Virus record (IMG/VR): IMGVR_UViG_3300042301_002170
Length of the DNA stretch: 64,000 nucleotides
DNA from: a virus
Reading direction: 5' to 3' (one strand)
Position numbers and translations under genes: made by a program. This document shows, piece after piece, positions 49,907 through 59,933 of the stretch. Each line of letters starts with the position of its first letter. Positions within the stretch are counted from its first letter, which is position 1. The notes under the pieces were generated by a model. It saw only the letters and a list, made by a program, of their open reading frames with translations, searched no databases and was not told where the DNA came from.

Positions 49907-50155
49907 ATGGAAACCGAACTTAAAGAAGAAAAAGTATTAGTTCTTAAAAGAGTTCCACCTGGAGATAGATGGGTATTTGCCGATGGTTCAACCAAAAGCA
50001 TTTATCCATCTCTTACGGATGGGTTGGAAGCATGGTATCAATCAAACGGAGATACCAACTTTTATATTGAAGCACGAAAAGGAACAGTTGAAATTGTTGT
50101 AGAAGAAGAGGTTGATGTTCCAGTAAAAAGATTTTCTTTGTACGGAGAAGATTAA
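49907..50155 (+). CDS. Hypothetical protein
   Basis: 82-aa ORF. Confidence 0.65.
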   Translation: METELKEEKVLVLKRVPPGDRWVFADGSTKSIYPSLTDGLEAWYQSNGDTNFYIEARKGTVEIVVEEEVDVPVKRFSLYGED

Positions 50156-50165
50156 CATTTTTTTA

Positions 50166-50175
50166 TATATTTATA
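50166..50175 (+). promoter_or_regulatory. Class-B promoter motif
   Basis: TATATTTATA 24 nt upstream of ATG 50200. Confidence 0.5.
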
Positions 50176-50199
50176 ATAAACAATTTAAACCAAACAATC

Positions 50200-50484
50200 A
50201 TGAGTACAGTTATTATAGTTTTAGCTTTATTAGCTATTGGTGTGGGTACTATAATTTACCTAACCAAAAAATCAATTATTAAAGATACCGATGGAGATTT
50301 AATTCCAGATGTTGTTGAAGAAAAAGTTGAAGAAGTAAAGAAAAGAGTAGAACGAGTTAAAGAAGAAATTTCAGATGTTGTGAAAATTGCTAAACAATTT
50401 AACCCACAGATTACAGATGTGGCAGAAGCAGCAAGTGGAAAATCTAAATCTCGTAAAGGTAGAAAACCTGCTCCAAAGAAATAG
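50200..50484 (+). CDS. Small membrane-anchored protein
   Basis: N-terminal TM helix, DTDGDLIPD motif, basic tail. Confidence 0.65.
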   Translation: MSTVIIVLALLAIGVGTIIYLTKKSIIKDTDGDLIPDVVEEKVEEVKKRVERVKEEISDVVKIAKQFNPQITDVAEAASGKSKSRKGRKPAPKK

Positions 50485-50539
50485 TAGTTAAGAGTATCAA
50501 TCGGTTATGTTATAATTTTTACTTATAAATTGTAACAAA

Positions 50540-50674
50540 ATGGCAAAAGCAAAAAGTTCTGTTGGTAACAGTAATAAAAAGGTAACATTCGGAAAAAGAG
50601 GAAAAGGTAAAGCTAAAAAGGCATTTTCTAAATACGAAGAAAAACCAAAAAAGTATAGAGGACAAGGAAGATAA
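50540..50674 (+). CDS. 44-aa highly basic peptide (not in the ORF track)
   Basis: MAKAKSSVGNSNKKVTFGKRGKGKAKKAFSKYEEKPKKYRGQGR; stop overlaps the next ATG. Confidence 0.7.
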   Translation: MAKAKSSVGNSNKKVTFGKRGKGKAKKAFSKYEEKPKKYRGQGR

Positions 50675-51888
50675 TGATACGATTAAAATCACTACTCAAA
50701 GAGGAAGAGGTTGTAAAAAACAAAGAAACTGGTAATGTATATGTGGTTCAGACGATGAATCCAGACAAACACGTTAAACCTACACCTGCTGAAATTGAAA
50801 AAGCAAAAGCAAAAAATGGTGGACAATTACCAAAATCAGAACCACAATCTCCACAGAAACCACAAAATACTGCACCTACTAAACCAGGTCAAAAATTGAG
50901 TGGTAGTGATTTTGCATCATCTGCTGAAAAAAAATCAGATGGAATGGCAACTGTGAATTCAATTGCAGCTAAGACAGGATTAAGAGCACAAGCAGTAGCT
51001 GGATGGGCTGATGAGAATGGGGTTAATTTATCAAAAGTATCTGATGATTTACAATCCAAAAAGTTAAAACCGTTTGATTTTATGACTGCGGTAGTTGGTA
51101 AACCTGGTAATAATTATTCAAAGGCAATAATTGCAAAGTATTCTAACAACCAGAGTCCAAAAAACGATGTGATGCCAAAGTTGAAAGACTTGATGCCAAA
51201 TGCAGACTTCTCCAATAGACCACTTTCGCAAGTAACTCCAATTGAAAGACAACAAATATCTACCATTGTAGATAAGTTAGCTGAATTGGGTAAGCAAGCA
51301 AAAGAAAAGGGAGAGCAAGCACCAAATTTCAATTTATGTCAAGTATCTATTCCAGGTACCAACTTATATTGTGATGGTAATAAAGGTATTGAAAGAGGTG
51401 ATATGCCTCAATTCAAAGGAACACCTCAACCTGGTTCACCTGCTGATAAACTTCCAAAAGATGAAAACGGAGAAGCTGATACTGAAGAATTCTTCAAACA
51501 AATGTTGAATAAACAAGGTATCAAAGTATCAAAACCAGCAGCAGTTCCACCAGATAGACTAAAAGCAACTCAATCGGAATTAGTTGGTGTTAAAGTTGCA
51601 GGAATGAGTAAGGTATTAGAAAACCCTAATCACCCTGCATACGGAAAGATTACCGCACCTATATATGTATCCAATGATGGGTACGTTTTAGATGGACATC
51701 ATAGATGGGCAGCAGTTGTTGCACATAATGCGGCAAATCCTAAAAATCAAATTCCAATGAATGTTCGAGTTATCGATGAACCAATTGAACCATTGGTAAA
51801 ACGTTCAAACGCATTTGCAGAAAAGATGGGTATTAGAGCTAAAAAAGCAGATACAGGAGCAAAAGGAGGACCATCACCAATAGCATAA
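50674..51888 (+). CDS. Probable virion-associated protein with a C-terminal ParB/Srx-like domain
   Basis: N-terminal MIRLKSLLKE; LKATQSEL..PIYVSNDGYVLDGHHRWAA. Confidence 0.65.
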   Translation: MIRLKSLLKEEEVVKNKETGNVYVVQTMNPDKHVKPTPAEIEKAKAKNGGQLPKSEPQSPQKPQNTAPTKPGQKLSGSDFASSAEKKSDGMATVNSIAAKTGLRAQAVAGWADENGVNLSKVSDDLQSKKLKPFDFMTAVVGKPGNNYSKAIIAKYSNNQSPKNDVMPKLKDLMPNADFSNRPLSQVTPIERQQISTIVDKLAELGKQAKEKGEQAPNFNLCQVSIPGTNLYCDGNKGIERGDMPQFKGTPQPGSPADKLPKDENGEADTEEFFKQMLNKQGIKVSKPAAVPPDRLKATQSELVGVKVAGMSKVLENPNHPAYGKITAPIYVSNDGYVLDGHHRWAAVVAHNAANPKNQIPMNVRVIDEPIEPLVKRSNAFAEKMGIRAKKADTGAKGGPSPIA

Positions 51889-51889
51889 T

Positions 51890-52660
51890 ATGTTTCCAGT
51901 TAGAGGATATTATAAACCAGAAGCATTGTTCCATACTATTTCAGAATGGGAAGGGATAGCTAATGAGTTTTTAGCATTGGAAAAACAAGGATACGATACA
52001 AGAGGTGGTGTTATTGATAACAATTCTACATTAGTAGGTTTAATTAATAAACACTTTGGGTATCAACTATATGTTGAAACCGAACAGTACGATGAATATA
52101 CTAAAAAGCAAGTATTAGATTTCATTGAAGATTTTGTGAACCACAGAGTATGGGGATTGAAAACTGAATTTGAAAAATACATTGTGAATATAGATAATGA
52201 TAAAGTTGCATTCTTCTATTCAAGAGGAGCATTAGAACCTTATGTATTATTAGATAAGGAATTTACACAAGAAACTTATGGTAGTACGGATATTGAAGTT
52301 GAAACACTTCATTGGGCATCCGAACAAGGTTTAAAAAATATTGCAGATGGAATTCAACAAGGATTTCAATATTCAATATCAACATTTACAACACAGGCAA
52401 AAGAATTCTTTAGACCTGAAAGTAATGTATTAGTTAAAATAAAAGGTAAGTTAGTAGCAGCTTTTCAATCTGATGCGAAGACTTTGGTTACAGACCGTGG
52501 CAATAGAGCCGCAAATCTATTTCGTTTTTCCTACCCAGACAATGAGAACAATCTTTGTAGGAATTGGGAACAATGTAAAAATGATAAAACATTTTTATGG
52601 AACGAAATTGTTGTAAAACCAATATCTATATTAGATTATAAAAAAGTAGAAAAATACTAA
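51890..52660 (+). CDS. Hypothetical protein (possible ADP-ribosyltransferase-like fold)
   Basis: TLHWAS..GL..I, SISTFT, WNEIVV. Confidence 0.35.
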   Translation: MFPVRGYYKPEALFHTISEWEGIANEFLALEKQGYDTRGGVIDNNSTLVGLINKHFGYQLYVETEQYDEYTKKQVLDFIEDFVNHRVWGLKTEFEKYIVNIDNDKVAFFYSRGALEPYVLLDKEFTQETYGSTDIEVETLHWASEQGLKNIADGIQQGFQYSISTFTTQAKEFFRPESNVLVKIKGKLVAAFQSDAKTLVTDRGNRAANLFRFSYPDNENNLCRNWEQCKNDKTFLWNEIVVKPISILDYKKVEKY

Positions 52661-52672
52661 ACTCAACCAATT

Positions 52673-53560
52673 ATGCTATTAAAAAGAGGAGATAACAACG
52701 AAGATGTAAAAAAATTACAGACTAAGTTGGGCTTAGAACCAATTGGAAATTTTGGTCCTAAAACGGAAGATGCGGTAAAGGCATTTCAAACTAAAAACGG
52801 ATTAACTGCCGATGGAAAGGTTGGACCTAACACATGGGCAAAAATTATGGGTGAAACACAAGTTGTTAAACCTGCATTTGTACCACCTACACCGGCACCG
52901 GTTGTAGCAACACCTACACCACAACCAGTAGCAACACCTGTTGCAGCATCATATCCAGGTCTTAAATTGGATAAGTTAAAAGGGCACATTCCTGCTAACG
53001 TAATTGCAATGATTCCTGATACTGCTGCAAAATTTGGTATCAATACACCATTAAGATTAGCACATTTCTTAGCACAATGTGGACACGAAAGTGGTGGATT
53101 CAGAGCAACACAAGAAAATCTAAATTATTCGGCAAAAGGTTTATTGGGTATATTTAAAAAGTATTTCCCAACAGTTGCATTGGCAACGGCATATCAAAGA
53201 AAACCTGAAATGATTGCAAGTAGAGTATATGGTGGTAGAATGGGTAACGGAGCTGAAGCAACGAGAGAAGGATACAAATTCAGAGGTCGGGGTTATATCC
53301 AATTGACAGGAAAGGAAAACTATACTGCATTTGGTAAATCAATTGGTGAAGATATGACAGTAAACCCTGATAAGGTATCATCACACTACGCATTATTATC
53401 AGCAGCTTGGTTCTTTTCTAAAAACGGATTACATAAAATTGCAGATGAAGGTTCTTCGGATGCAGTTGTAACAAAGATTACTAAAAGAGTAAACGGAGGT
53501 ACAATTGGTTTGGCAGACCGTATCAAACACTTTAAAGAGTATTATTACTTATTAGCTTAG
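52673..53560 (+). CDS. Endolysin: peptidoglycan-binding domain plus GH19 catalytic domain
   Basis: LKRGD..VKKLQ..FQ..ADGKVGPNTW; HFLAQCGHES, FRGRGYIQLTG, TKRVNGG. Confidence 0.92.
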   Translation: MLLKRGDNNEDVKKLQTKLGLEPIGNFGPKTEDAVKAFQTKNGLTADGKVGPNTWAKIMGETQVVKPAFVPPTPAPVVATPTPQPVATPVAASYPGLKLDKLKGHIPANVIAMIPDTAAKFGINTPLRLAHFLAQCGHESGGFRATQENLNYSAKGLLGIFKKYFPTVALATAYQRKPEMIASRVYGGRMGNGAEATREGYKFRGRGYIQLTGKENYTAFGKSIGEDMTVNPDKVSSHYALLSAAWFFSKNGLHKIADEGSSDAVVTKITKRVNGGTIGLADRIKHFKEYYYLLA

Positions 53561-53567
53561 TTATTTT

Positions 53568-54506
53568 ATGAGAATATTTGTTTTAGGAGACTCATTTGCA
53601 GATAATTTGTTTAAAAATGCATATGAAGAAATTACCAATTATAATTCTGATTCACTATATCCGTTATCCGAAATTGCAAACTATTTAATATCATTGCAAA
53701 ATGAAAATATTGATAATCCAGTATGGTGGACGGATTGGTTGGAAAAATGGGGATATGAAGTTATAAATTTTGGATTAGGTGGGTGTGGTAATGAAAATAT
53801 TTTTTATCAATTTGCAAAAATAGATAAAGAATTTAAAGAAGGTGATAGAATAATATTACATTGGTCAGACCATTGCAGATTTGATTGGATGGTATATGAA
53901 GATGGACGTTATATGACAATTCACCCTAATGTAAACGCAAGTCATTTTGAATTTATTAATTCACAAGAAAAAAGATTTTTAAGTAATCAATCAATTTACA
54001 GAGATGAATCTTTTACAAAAGAACATGCATATTTAAATAATAATTTAATTCCATTTATGGATTGGATTGTTGAAAAACATTCAGAATATAATCCAATAGT
54101 TTGGTCCATATTTTCAAATACAACAAATCATCTCAATACATCTAGATTAATTTGGCATAATTCGCCTGATTTTTTAAAAAATTTAAATAATAAATTAACA
54201 ATTAAAAAAGAAAGTAATGAAATGTTCAATGATGGTCATTATGGTAGATATGGTAATTATTATATGGCAGTTTTATTTGATGAAATGATAAAAAGTGGAA
54301 TTACTACAAATTTTGATGATACACGTAATAGCTCACTTATATATTATAATTCAATAAATAGAATTAAAAATGAAAATTTAATTTTTACAAATCCATCAGA
54401 TTGGCCGACCTATATTAAAGAAAATATTAAAGAAAATATTGCACCTGCAAATAATTTTTCAAATTGGATTACTCAAAAACATAAAAACTGGTTTAATTCT
54501 ATTTAA
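53568..54506 (+). CDS. SGNH/GDSL-like hydrolase or acyltransferase
   Basis: VLGDSFA, NFGLGGCGN, DGHYG. Confidence 0.6.
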   Translation: MRIFVLGDSFADNLFKNAYEEITNYNSDSLYPLSEIANYLISLQNENIDNPVWWTDWLEKWGYEVINFGLGGCGNENIFYQFAKIDKEFKEGDRIILHWSDHCRFDWMVYEDGRYMTIHPNVNASHFEFINSQEKRFLSNQSIYRDESFTKEHAYLNNNLIPFMDWIVEKHSEYNPIVWSIFSNTTNHLNTSRLIWHNSPDFLKNLNNKLTIKKESNEMFNDGHYGRYGNYYMAVLFDEMIKSGITTNFDDTRNSSLIYYNSINRIKNENLIFTNPSDWPTYIKENIKENIAPANNFSNWITQKHKNWFNSI

Positions 54507-54512
54507 ATAAAA

Positions 54513-55298
54513 ATGAAAGATTTATTAATAACTTTAGGAGATTCGTTTACTTGTGGCGAAGGACTGGAATATTATGTGTGGCAAGAAAAATATAATAATA
54601 GTTATGAAATTTTTAAACCCATTCAAGATAATAATTATCCAGTTAAAAGAGTATTTCAGCAAACAAATCAAGAATTTATTGATTTTCGTATTTTAAACAG
54701 ATATGCGAATTTATTAAATGAAAAATTAGGAACTAAATTACTTATACAATCACATAATGGTGGTAATAATTTAAATAGGTTAAGTGATTTACATACTCTT
54801 ATTGAATTATTTAAAAATGAACCAAAGTTTGTTCCAAAGTATTGTATATTTCAATTTACTCATACCTGTAGAGATGTAGAACCTATTCTAAATAAGGAAC
54901 AATTACATACTAATGCGTTAAACTTTTTTGGAGAAGAATTTTGTAAAAAAATAGAAAATGAAATTGATAATTTTGATTATATTTTTAATGAAATTTTAAT
55001 TAAAGAAGTTGAAGTATTGAAATCAAAATTTGAATTTTTAGAAAAAACATATAATTGTAAATGTTTTTATTTTTTTGGATTAGGAGATGTTAATTCTATA
55101 AATAATAATAATGAATTATTTAAAAAAGACCATCAATTTATTGAATTAAATTATAATTCTCAAAATTATGCAACTTGGTTAAAATTAATAGAAAAAAATA
55201 ATTTAAGATTAAGAGACGAAATTGGAGTAAATGATGACCATCCGAATTTAGAATCACATAGATGGATGTCTGAATATTTGTACCATAAAATAATTTAA
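54513..55298 (+). CDS. SGNH/GDSL-like protein
   Basis: TLGDSFTCGEG, GGNN, DDHPNLESH. Confidence 0.6.
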   Translation: MKDLLITLGDSFTCGEGLEYYVWQEKYNNSYEIFKPIQDNNYPVKRVFQQTNQEFIDFRILNRYANLLNEKLGTKLLIQSHNGGNNLNRLSDLHTLIELFKNEPKFVPKYCIFQFTHTCRDVEPILNKEQLHTNALNFFGEEFCKKIENEIDNFDYIFNEILIKEVEVLKSKFEFLEKTYNCKCFYFFGLGDVNSINNNNELFKKDHQFIELNYNSQNYATWLKLIEKNNLRLRDEIGVNDDHPNLESHRWMSEYLYHKII

Positions 55299-55299
55299 T

Positions 55300-55336
55300 A
55301 AAAGGGAAACATAAAAGTTTTCCTTTTTTCTTTTTT
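55300..55336 (+). terminator. Intrinsic terminator
   Basis: AAAAGGGAAAC-ATAAAA-GTTTTCCTTTT followed by a T run. Confidence 0.7.
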
Positions 55337-55340
55337 GTTC

Positions 55341-55350
55341 TATATTTATA
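55341..55350 (+). promoter_or_regulatory. Class-B promoter motif
   Basis: TATATTTATA 18 nt upstream of ATG 55369. Confidence 0.5.
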
Positions 55351-55368
55351 ACTGATAAAGTTTATAAT

Positions 55369-56025
55369 ATGACTAATAAATTGAATGTAGGTGATTTACT
55401 TACAAAAGGGTTAATATATTTGGTATCCTTTTGGATTTGTGTTGCTCTTATAACGCAAGGATATTTCATTTATTTAAAATTTAGTGGTAATTCAGAAACT
55501 GCGAAAGAGTTAGTAGATAAATTCCAAACAAAATTTGATGGTAATTACAAAAGTGACCCAAACAACATATTCTATAACGGAAAACAACAGTTATACTATA
55601 TGGAAGAAAACGAAGTGTGGGTTGATGGTGTAACAAATCAAGTTAAAATTGGTAAGTTAGCAGGTAATAGAAATTTAGAATTTGGAGTTAGAAATATATT
55701 AGAAGAATACATCCAAGAAGCAGGATATGCTCTTTCTGATAATGCAGGTAAAAAAATAAAAGTAGAAATCGTTTATTTAGATGTATTAACTACTAAAACA
55801 AACATTTCGGTATTTCACAGAGATAATGCCGAGGTAGTTATCCGATTAAAGGGAATTCTTTATAAGGATGGCAAAAAAGTCAAAGAGGTTATGGTTGAAG
55901 AATCTTCATCAGAAATCTCGATGTCTACCTTAATAGTAGATGGTGGCGGTAAGTTCAACCAAACTTCTTTAAGTAATGCACTTAAAAAAGGTTGCGAACA
56001 AATCATCACTAAACTATTAGGATAA
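55369..56025 (+). CDS. Membrane-anchored protein with a CsgG/TolB-N-like alpha/beta domain
   Basis: N-terminal TM; C-terminal FNQTSLSNALKKGCEQII parallels FNQSTIGTSTKKALDIACARIL in CDS 61397. Confidence 0.45.
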   Translation: MTNKLNVGDLLTKGLIYLVSFWICVALITQGYFIYLKFSGNSETAKELVDKFQTKFDGNYKSDPNNIFYNGKQQLYYMEENEVWVDGVTNQVKIGKLAGNRNLEFGVRNILEEYIQEAGYALSDNAGKKIKVEIVYLDVLTTKTNISVFHRDNAEVVIRLKGILYKDGKKVKEVMVEESSSEISMSTLIVDGGGKFNQTSLSNALKKGCEQIITKLLG

Positions 56026-56029
56026 AACT

Positions 56030-57655
56030 ATGAAAAAATTCTTATTAATTCTATTACTTTCTGTATTAGGATTCACGTCTTACGGACAACTTATTATTAA
56101 TCAAGAAATTGTAAACTCAAAACCTTATAGAGTTGGAGATACTCTAACTATGAGATACAATATCATTAAAGGAACTACGAACCCTAGATTCCTTTGGATG
56201 CGTTATCAATACTCAAACAAACACTTACAAAAATTAGGTCAAACTGTATTCTCACAAGGACAAACTGCACAAAACTTTGAAGCAGCTTGGCCAAATTATA
56301 CGTTTGGTCAAAACCCAATAATTGGAGTTGGTGAATTGGATAAACAATATGCTTCAACCCCTTGGAACTATACTGCAAACAATGATTGGATAGTAAAGCA
56401 ATTTACAACACAGAGAGCAGATGCAGTAATTGATGGATTGTGGGCAACTGAAAAGTATATCTTATTAGAAAATACATCTTATCAAGCAATACACAAATTG
56501 GATTTAGCAACCGCAACTGGAACAAATGATTTACCAATTACACCGATTGGTTCTCAAGTTCTTCAATTATCATTTGCTCCTGGAGATGTAAAATATGTTT
56601 CGGCATTTAGAGTAAAGGTTGGCTATCCATCCGGATTTAACCCTACATCATTATCTGTTTTAATCCAACCATTGAATACAGATGGAACTACTAATTTTAC
56701 TGCTCCACAAATAGCAAAGAAAGCATTAAACTCAGCAGGAATTGCAGATTTTGAACAATTTAACATTGGTGATAAGTTTGGAGTATATATTGTTCCAACT
56801 ACAGGAGCAGATTACCTAAACAATGTAGTAACTGTTACAGATGCTTATAGAGCATTCTTAGCAGTAACTGATGTTGGGTTAGGTGGTACATCATCTACAT
56901 TTCAATACCCTGCAATCGAAAAGGTAATTGGTAATGTAACAATTGGTGATGGTGATTTTAATACAAACGATGCTTATTATTTATTTGCACACATTTTAGG
57001 ACAAGATGTTGCTTCAAAGGCAAATATAACAAGACAAGCGGCAAATCCATTACAATTTATATCGGTAAAACAATCGGCATTTCCAAACTTTGCAGCTGCA
57101 GCAACTAACAATTCTGTAACCATTACTTTAGCTAATCAAACAGAATTATTCTCTTACGCATTTAGTGGTGATTTGGATTTCTCTCACTCATCTAACCCTG
57201 GTAACCCAATAACGGCAAATAGTGTAGGTGGACAAGGAACAATGAATAGAACGATAGCTAACGCAGGTATCTACGCAAATCAAGTTACTAAAACTGCAAC
57301 TTTAAGTTTATCATCTAAAATTGAAAACAACAAAGTTATATTAAATGGTAACTTAACACAAGAAGGATTGGCAGGTTTGGAAGTTATTTTGAAATACGAT
57401 GACTCTAAATTAACTTTGGATGGTATTGTATTTGATGCCGGTTCAACTGTAACTAACTTCTCAACTAACAAAGATGGTAGATTAACATTTGGTTCTATGG
57501 ACCAAATTAAAACTGGTAGAATTAAAACTGGTACACCATACAAATTAACTTTTACATCAAATGTTCCTCTAACAAATACTGCGGGTTTATTCTATACTGA
57601 ATTGGCAGATGCAGTTGATGGAAAAGGAAATAAGATTGGATTAAATGTAGAGTAA
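56030..57655 (+). CDS. Secreted protein with cohesin-like and dockerin-like modules
   Basis: SPI signal ending SYG/Q; VGDTLTM..YQYS..L; VTVTDAY..IGNVTIGDGDFNTNDAYYL; C-terminal LAGLEVILKYDDSKL..LTFGS. Confidence 0.6.
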   Translation: MKKFLLILLLSVLGFTSYGQLIINQEIVNSKPYRVGDTLTMRYNIIKGTTNPRFLWMRYQYSNKHLQKLGQTVFSQGQTAQNFEAAWPNYTFGQNPIIGVGELDKQYASTPWNYTANNDWIVKQFTTQRADAVIDGLWATEKYILLENTSYQAIHKLDLATATGTNDLPITPIGSQVLQLSFAPGDVKYVSAFRVKVGYPSGFNPTSLSVLIQPLNTDGTTNFTAPQIAKKALNSAGIADFEQFNIGDKFGVYIVPTTGADYLNNVVTVTDAYRAFLAVTDVGLGGTSSTFQYPAIEKVIGNVTIGDGDFNTNDAYYLFAHILGQDVASKANITRQAANPLQFISVKQSAFPNFAAAATNNSVTITLANQTELFSYAFSGDLDFSHSSNPGNPITANSVGGQGTMNRTIANAGIYANQVTKTATLSLSSKIENNKVILNGNLTQEGLAGLEVILKYDDSKLTLDGIVFDAGSTVTNFSTNKDGRLTFGSMDQIKTGRIKTGTPYKLTFTSNVPLTNTAGLFYTELADAVDGKGNKIGLNVE

Positions 57656-59589
57656 TGAAAAAACTGCTTGTTGTAATAATAATATTATTATCCAGTAGTA
57701 TATCCATAGCACAATCCATTACACAACCTGCCGCTAGAAAGTTTGAATTAAACGTAAGTGGGCAGGCGTGTAGTGGATTTGTTTTGAATGGATTTACTTC
57801 TACTGATATTTTATTGGCATCAATCGGTTTTATTAATCCACCAGCAGGTACAACATTTAATCTAACCACAACAACCGGATTAACTCCAGCATCTGGTTTT
57901 ACTTTAAGTGGTAATAAAAGTAAATTAGTTTTTACAGGTACAATGGCAAACATAAACAATGCATTGGCAACCTTAAAAATCAATACAGGTGCAACTGCAG
58001 GTAGTGTTCAAGTATCAGTATCTGCAACTATAAATCCAACCGGATTTTATTACAACCCAATAAATGGACACTTTTACAAACCTGTAACTCCCGGAAATAG
58101 TTATACGGGTGCAAGAGCCGCATCGTTACTAACAACATTCAAAGGACAAACAGGATATTTGGTAACTATTACTTCTGCCGATGAAAATTCTTTTATATTT
58201 GTTAATGTTCCTCAAGCTAATATATGGTTTGCGGCAACGGATGAAGTTAAAGATGGAACTTGGGTAATTGATGCTGGACCTGAAAAGGGAACGATAATGA
58301 AAACATCAAATGGACAATTTACAGGAAACGTTTCGGGTGTGTATAATAACTGGGCACAAGGTGAACCAAATGGTGTAAATGGTAGTGAAAACTATGCGGT
58401 AACAAATTGGAACGGACAATCAACATGGAATGACTTATCAAACAATTGGACTAATCCATACATAATTGAATATGGAACTTGGACTAATCCTGATTCACAA
58501 ACCTTTACCGATTTTTATTCAGCAAATGTAATAAACCCCATAGATGTTCCATCATCAAAAGTTAATTTTTATTTTGGTGGTAATATAAACCCATCACAAT
58601 GGTCTGTAAAAGCATATACTGCAAATGGTGTAACTCCTGTTAGCACAACTAATGGTTTAACTTTGGGTGCAAATGGTAGTGTGGTTAATACAACGGATTT
58701 TGTTAAATCTAAAACTGATATGGTACTATATTTATCGAAACTCCCATCTGCCACTTTAACAAGCCTATATGGAAGTGTATTAACTGTTGGTGATGCGTAT
58801 TTGGCATTTCAAGAGTTATCTGATAGAGGATTGACCGGAACTGAAAGTAAAGCATTTACAAGTGGAGTTCAATTTTTAAACGGAGATGTGGATGGTAACA
58901 ATGTATTTAACGAAATAGATTCCTACAAAATATTACAACACGTTGTAGGTAGTACACCAATTGTTTCTACTTGGAGTGAAAGTAATTTATTTAGATTTGT
59001 AAAAAAATCTACATTTGATGGTATAACCAAAGCAAATTGGGCAACAACAAATACACCATATTCAGCAATTTATCCTTTGGCAGTTAATGCAACTATAAAT
59101 GATTATGTGTACGATGTGGTAGTAGCACCAAAGGGTGATGTAAATCTTTCACATACAATAGCACAAAATACACAAGCTACTGCAAGTACAAATCGTACAA
59201 TGAATTTGGTTACACCGATGGAGGTTTCTACATATATTTCAAGTGAAATTGTTGATGGTAAGGTGGTAGTATCTATAAAAGTTAATACATTAGGACAGTT
59301 GTTAAAAGCAATTCAGTTAAAGTTAAACTATGATAGTGATATTTTAAAATATGAAAGTACCCAATACACAACTTCAGGTAATCCTTTGAATTTTTCAAAT
59401 GATATTGGAAACTTTATAAATTTTGGTTCTTTAATTTACAATGGAACTGGATTACTAAACGATAATACAGAATACAAATTGATATTTACACCAAAAGAAA
59501 CTATAACTAATACAATTGGTTTGACATCGATTGAAGGAGTAGACGCTATAAATGCAGGTGCTTCAACTCTTAAAATTAAAAACTTATAA
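57655..59589 (+). CDS. Secreted protein with C-type lectin, dockerin-like and cohesin-like modules
   Basis: SPI signal ending SIA/Q; NGHFY..GYLVTITS.DEN..YNNWAQGEPN..ENY..WNDL; GDVDGNNVFNEIDSYKILQHVVG; AIQLKLNYDSDILKY. Confidence 0.7.
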   Translation: MKKLLVVIIILLSSSISIAQSITQPAARKFELNVSGQACSGFVLNGFTSTDILLASIGFINPPAGTTFNLTTTTGLTPASGFTLSGNKSKLVFTGTMANINNALATLKINTGATAGSVQVSVSATINPTGFYYNPINGHFYKPVTPGNSYTGARAASLLTTFKGQTGYLVTITSADENSFIFVNVPQANIWFAATDEVKDGTWVIDAGPEKGTIMKTSNGQFTGNVSGVYNNWAQGEPNGVNGSENYAVTNWNGQSTWNDLSNNWTNPYIIEYGTWTNPDSQTFTDFYSANVINPIDVPSSKVNFYFGGNINPSQWSVKAYTANGVTPVSTTNGLTLGANGSVVNTTDFVKSKTDMVLYLSKLPSATLTSLYGSVLTVGDAYLAFQELSDRGLTGTESKAFTSGVQFLNGDVDGNNVFNEIDSYKILQHVVGSTPIVSTWSESNLFRFVKKSTFDGITKANWATTNTPYSAIYPLAVNATINDYVYDVVVAPKGDVNLSHTIAQNTQATASTNRTMNLVTPMEVSTYISSEIVDGKVVVSIKVNTLGQLLKAIQLKLNYDSDILKYESTQYTTSGNPLNFSNDIGNFINFGSLIYNGTGLLNDNTEYKLIFTPKETITNTIGLTSIEGVDAINAGASTLKIKNL

Positions 59590-59933
59590 TGAAACGTGTT
59601 AAAATTATAATTCTGTGTTGTGTGTTTTCTATAATATCGTGTCAAAAAGAAGACATTGTAGAACCACAAACGATTGATATTTTCAAAGTAGAACAATCCA
59701 CCTTATCAAACAAAAGTGAAATTAGTTTTAATGTAGAGACAGAGGGGGTATATATTATAACAATTATAGATAAAAATACCAACCAAGTTTTAAGTAGAGA
59801 GAAAATAAAATGTATTATAGGTAAAAATAAAATAAAGATTTATACGAAATCGTTACAAAGTAGATATTTATATTTGTTATTGGAAGATGTTACTAAAAAA
59901 GAAATAGGAAAAACAACTATCATAACACAATGA
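59589..59933 (+). CDS. Lipoprotein with a T9SS-CTD-like Ig domain
   Basis: Lipobox IISC followed by QKED; ISFNV..EGVYIITIID..GKNKIKI. Confidence 0.55.
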   Translation: MKRVKIIILCCVFSIISCQKEDIVEPQTIDIFKVEQSTLSNKSEISFNVETEGVYIITIIDKNTNQVLSREKIKCIIGKNKIKIYTKSLQSRYLYLLLEDVTKKEIGKTTIITQ

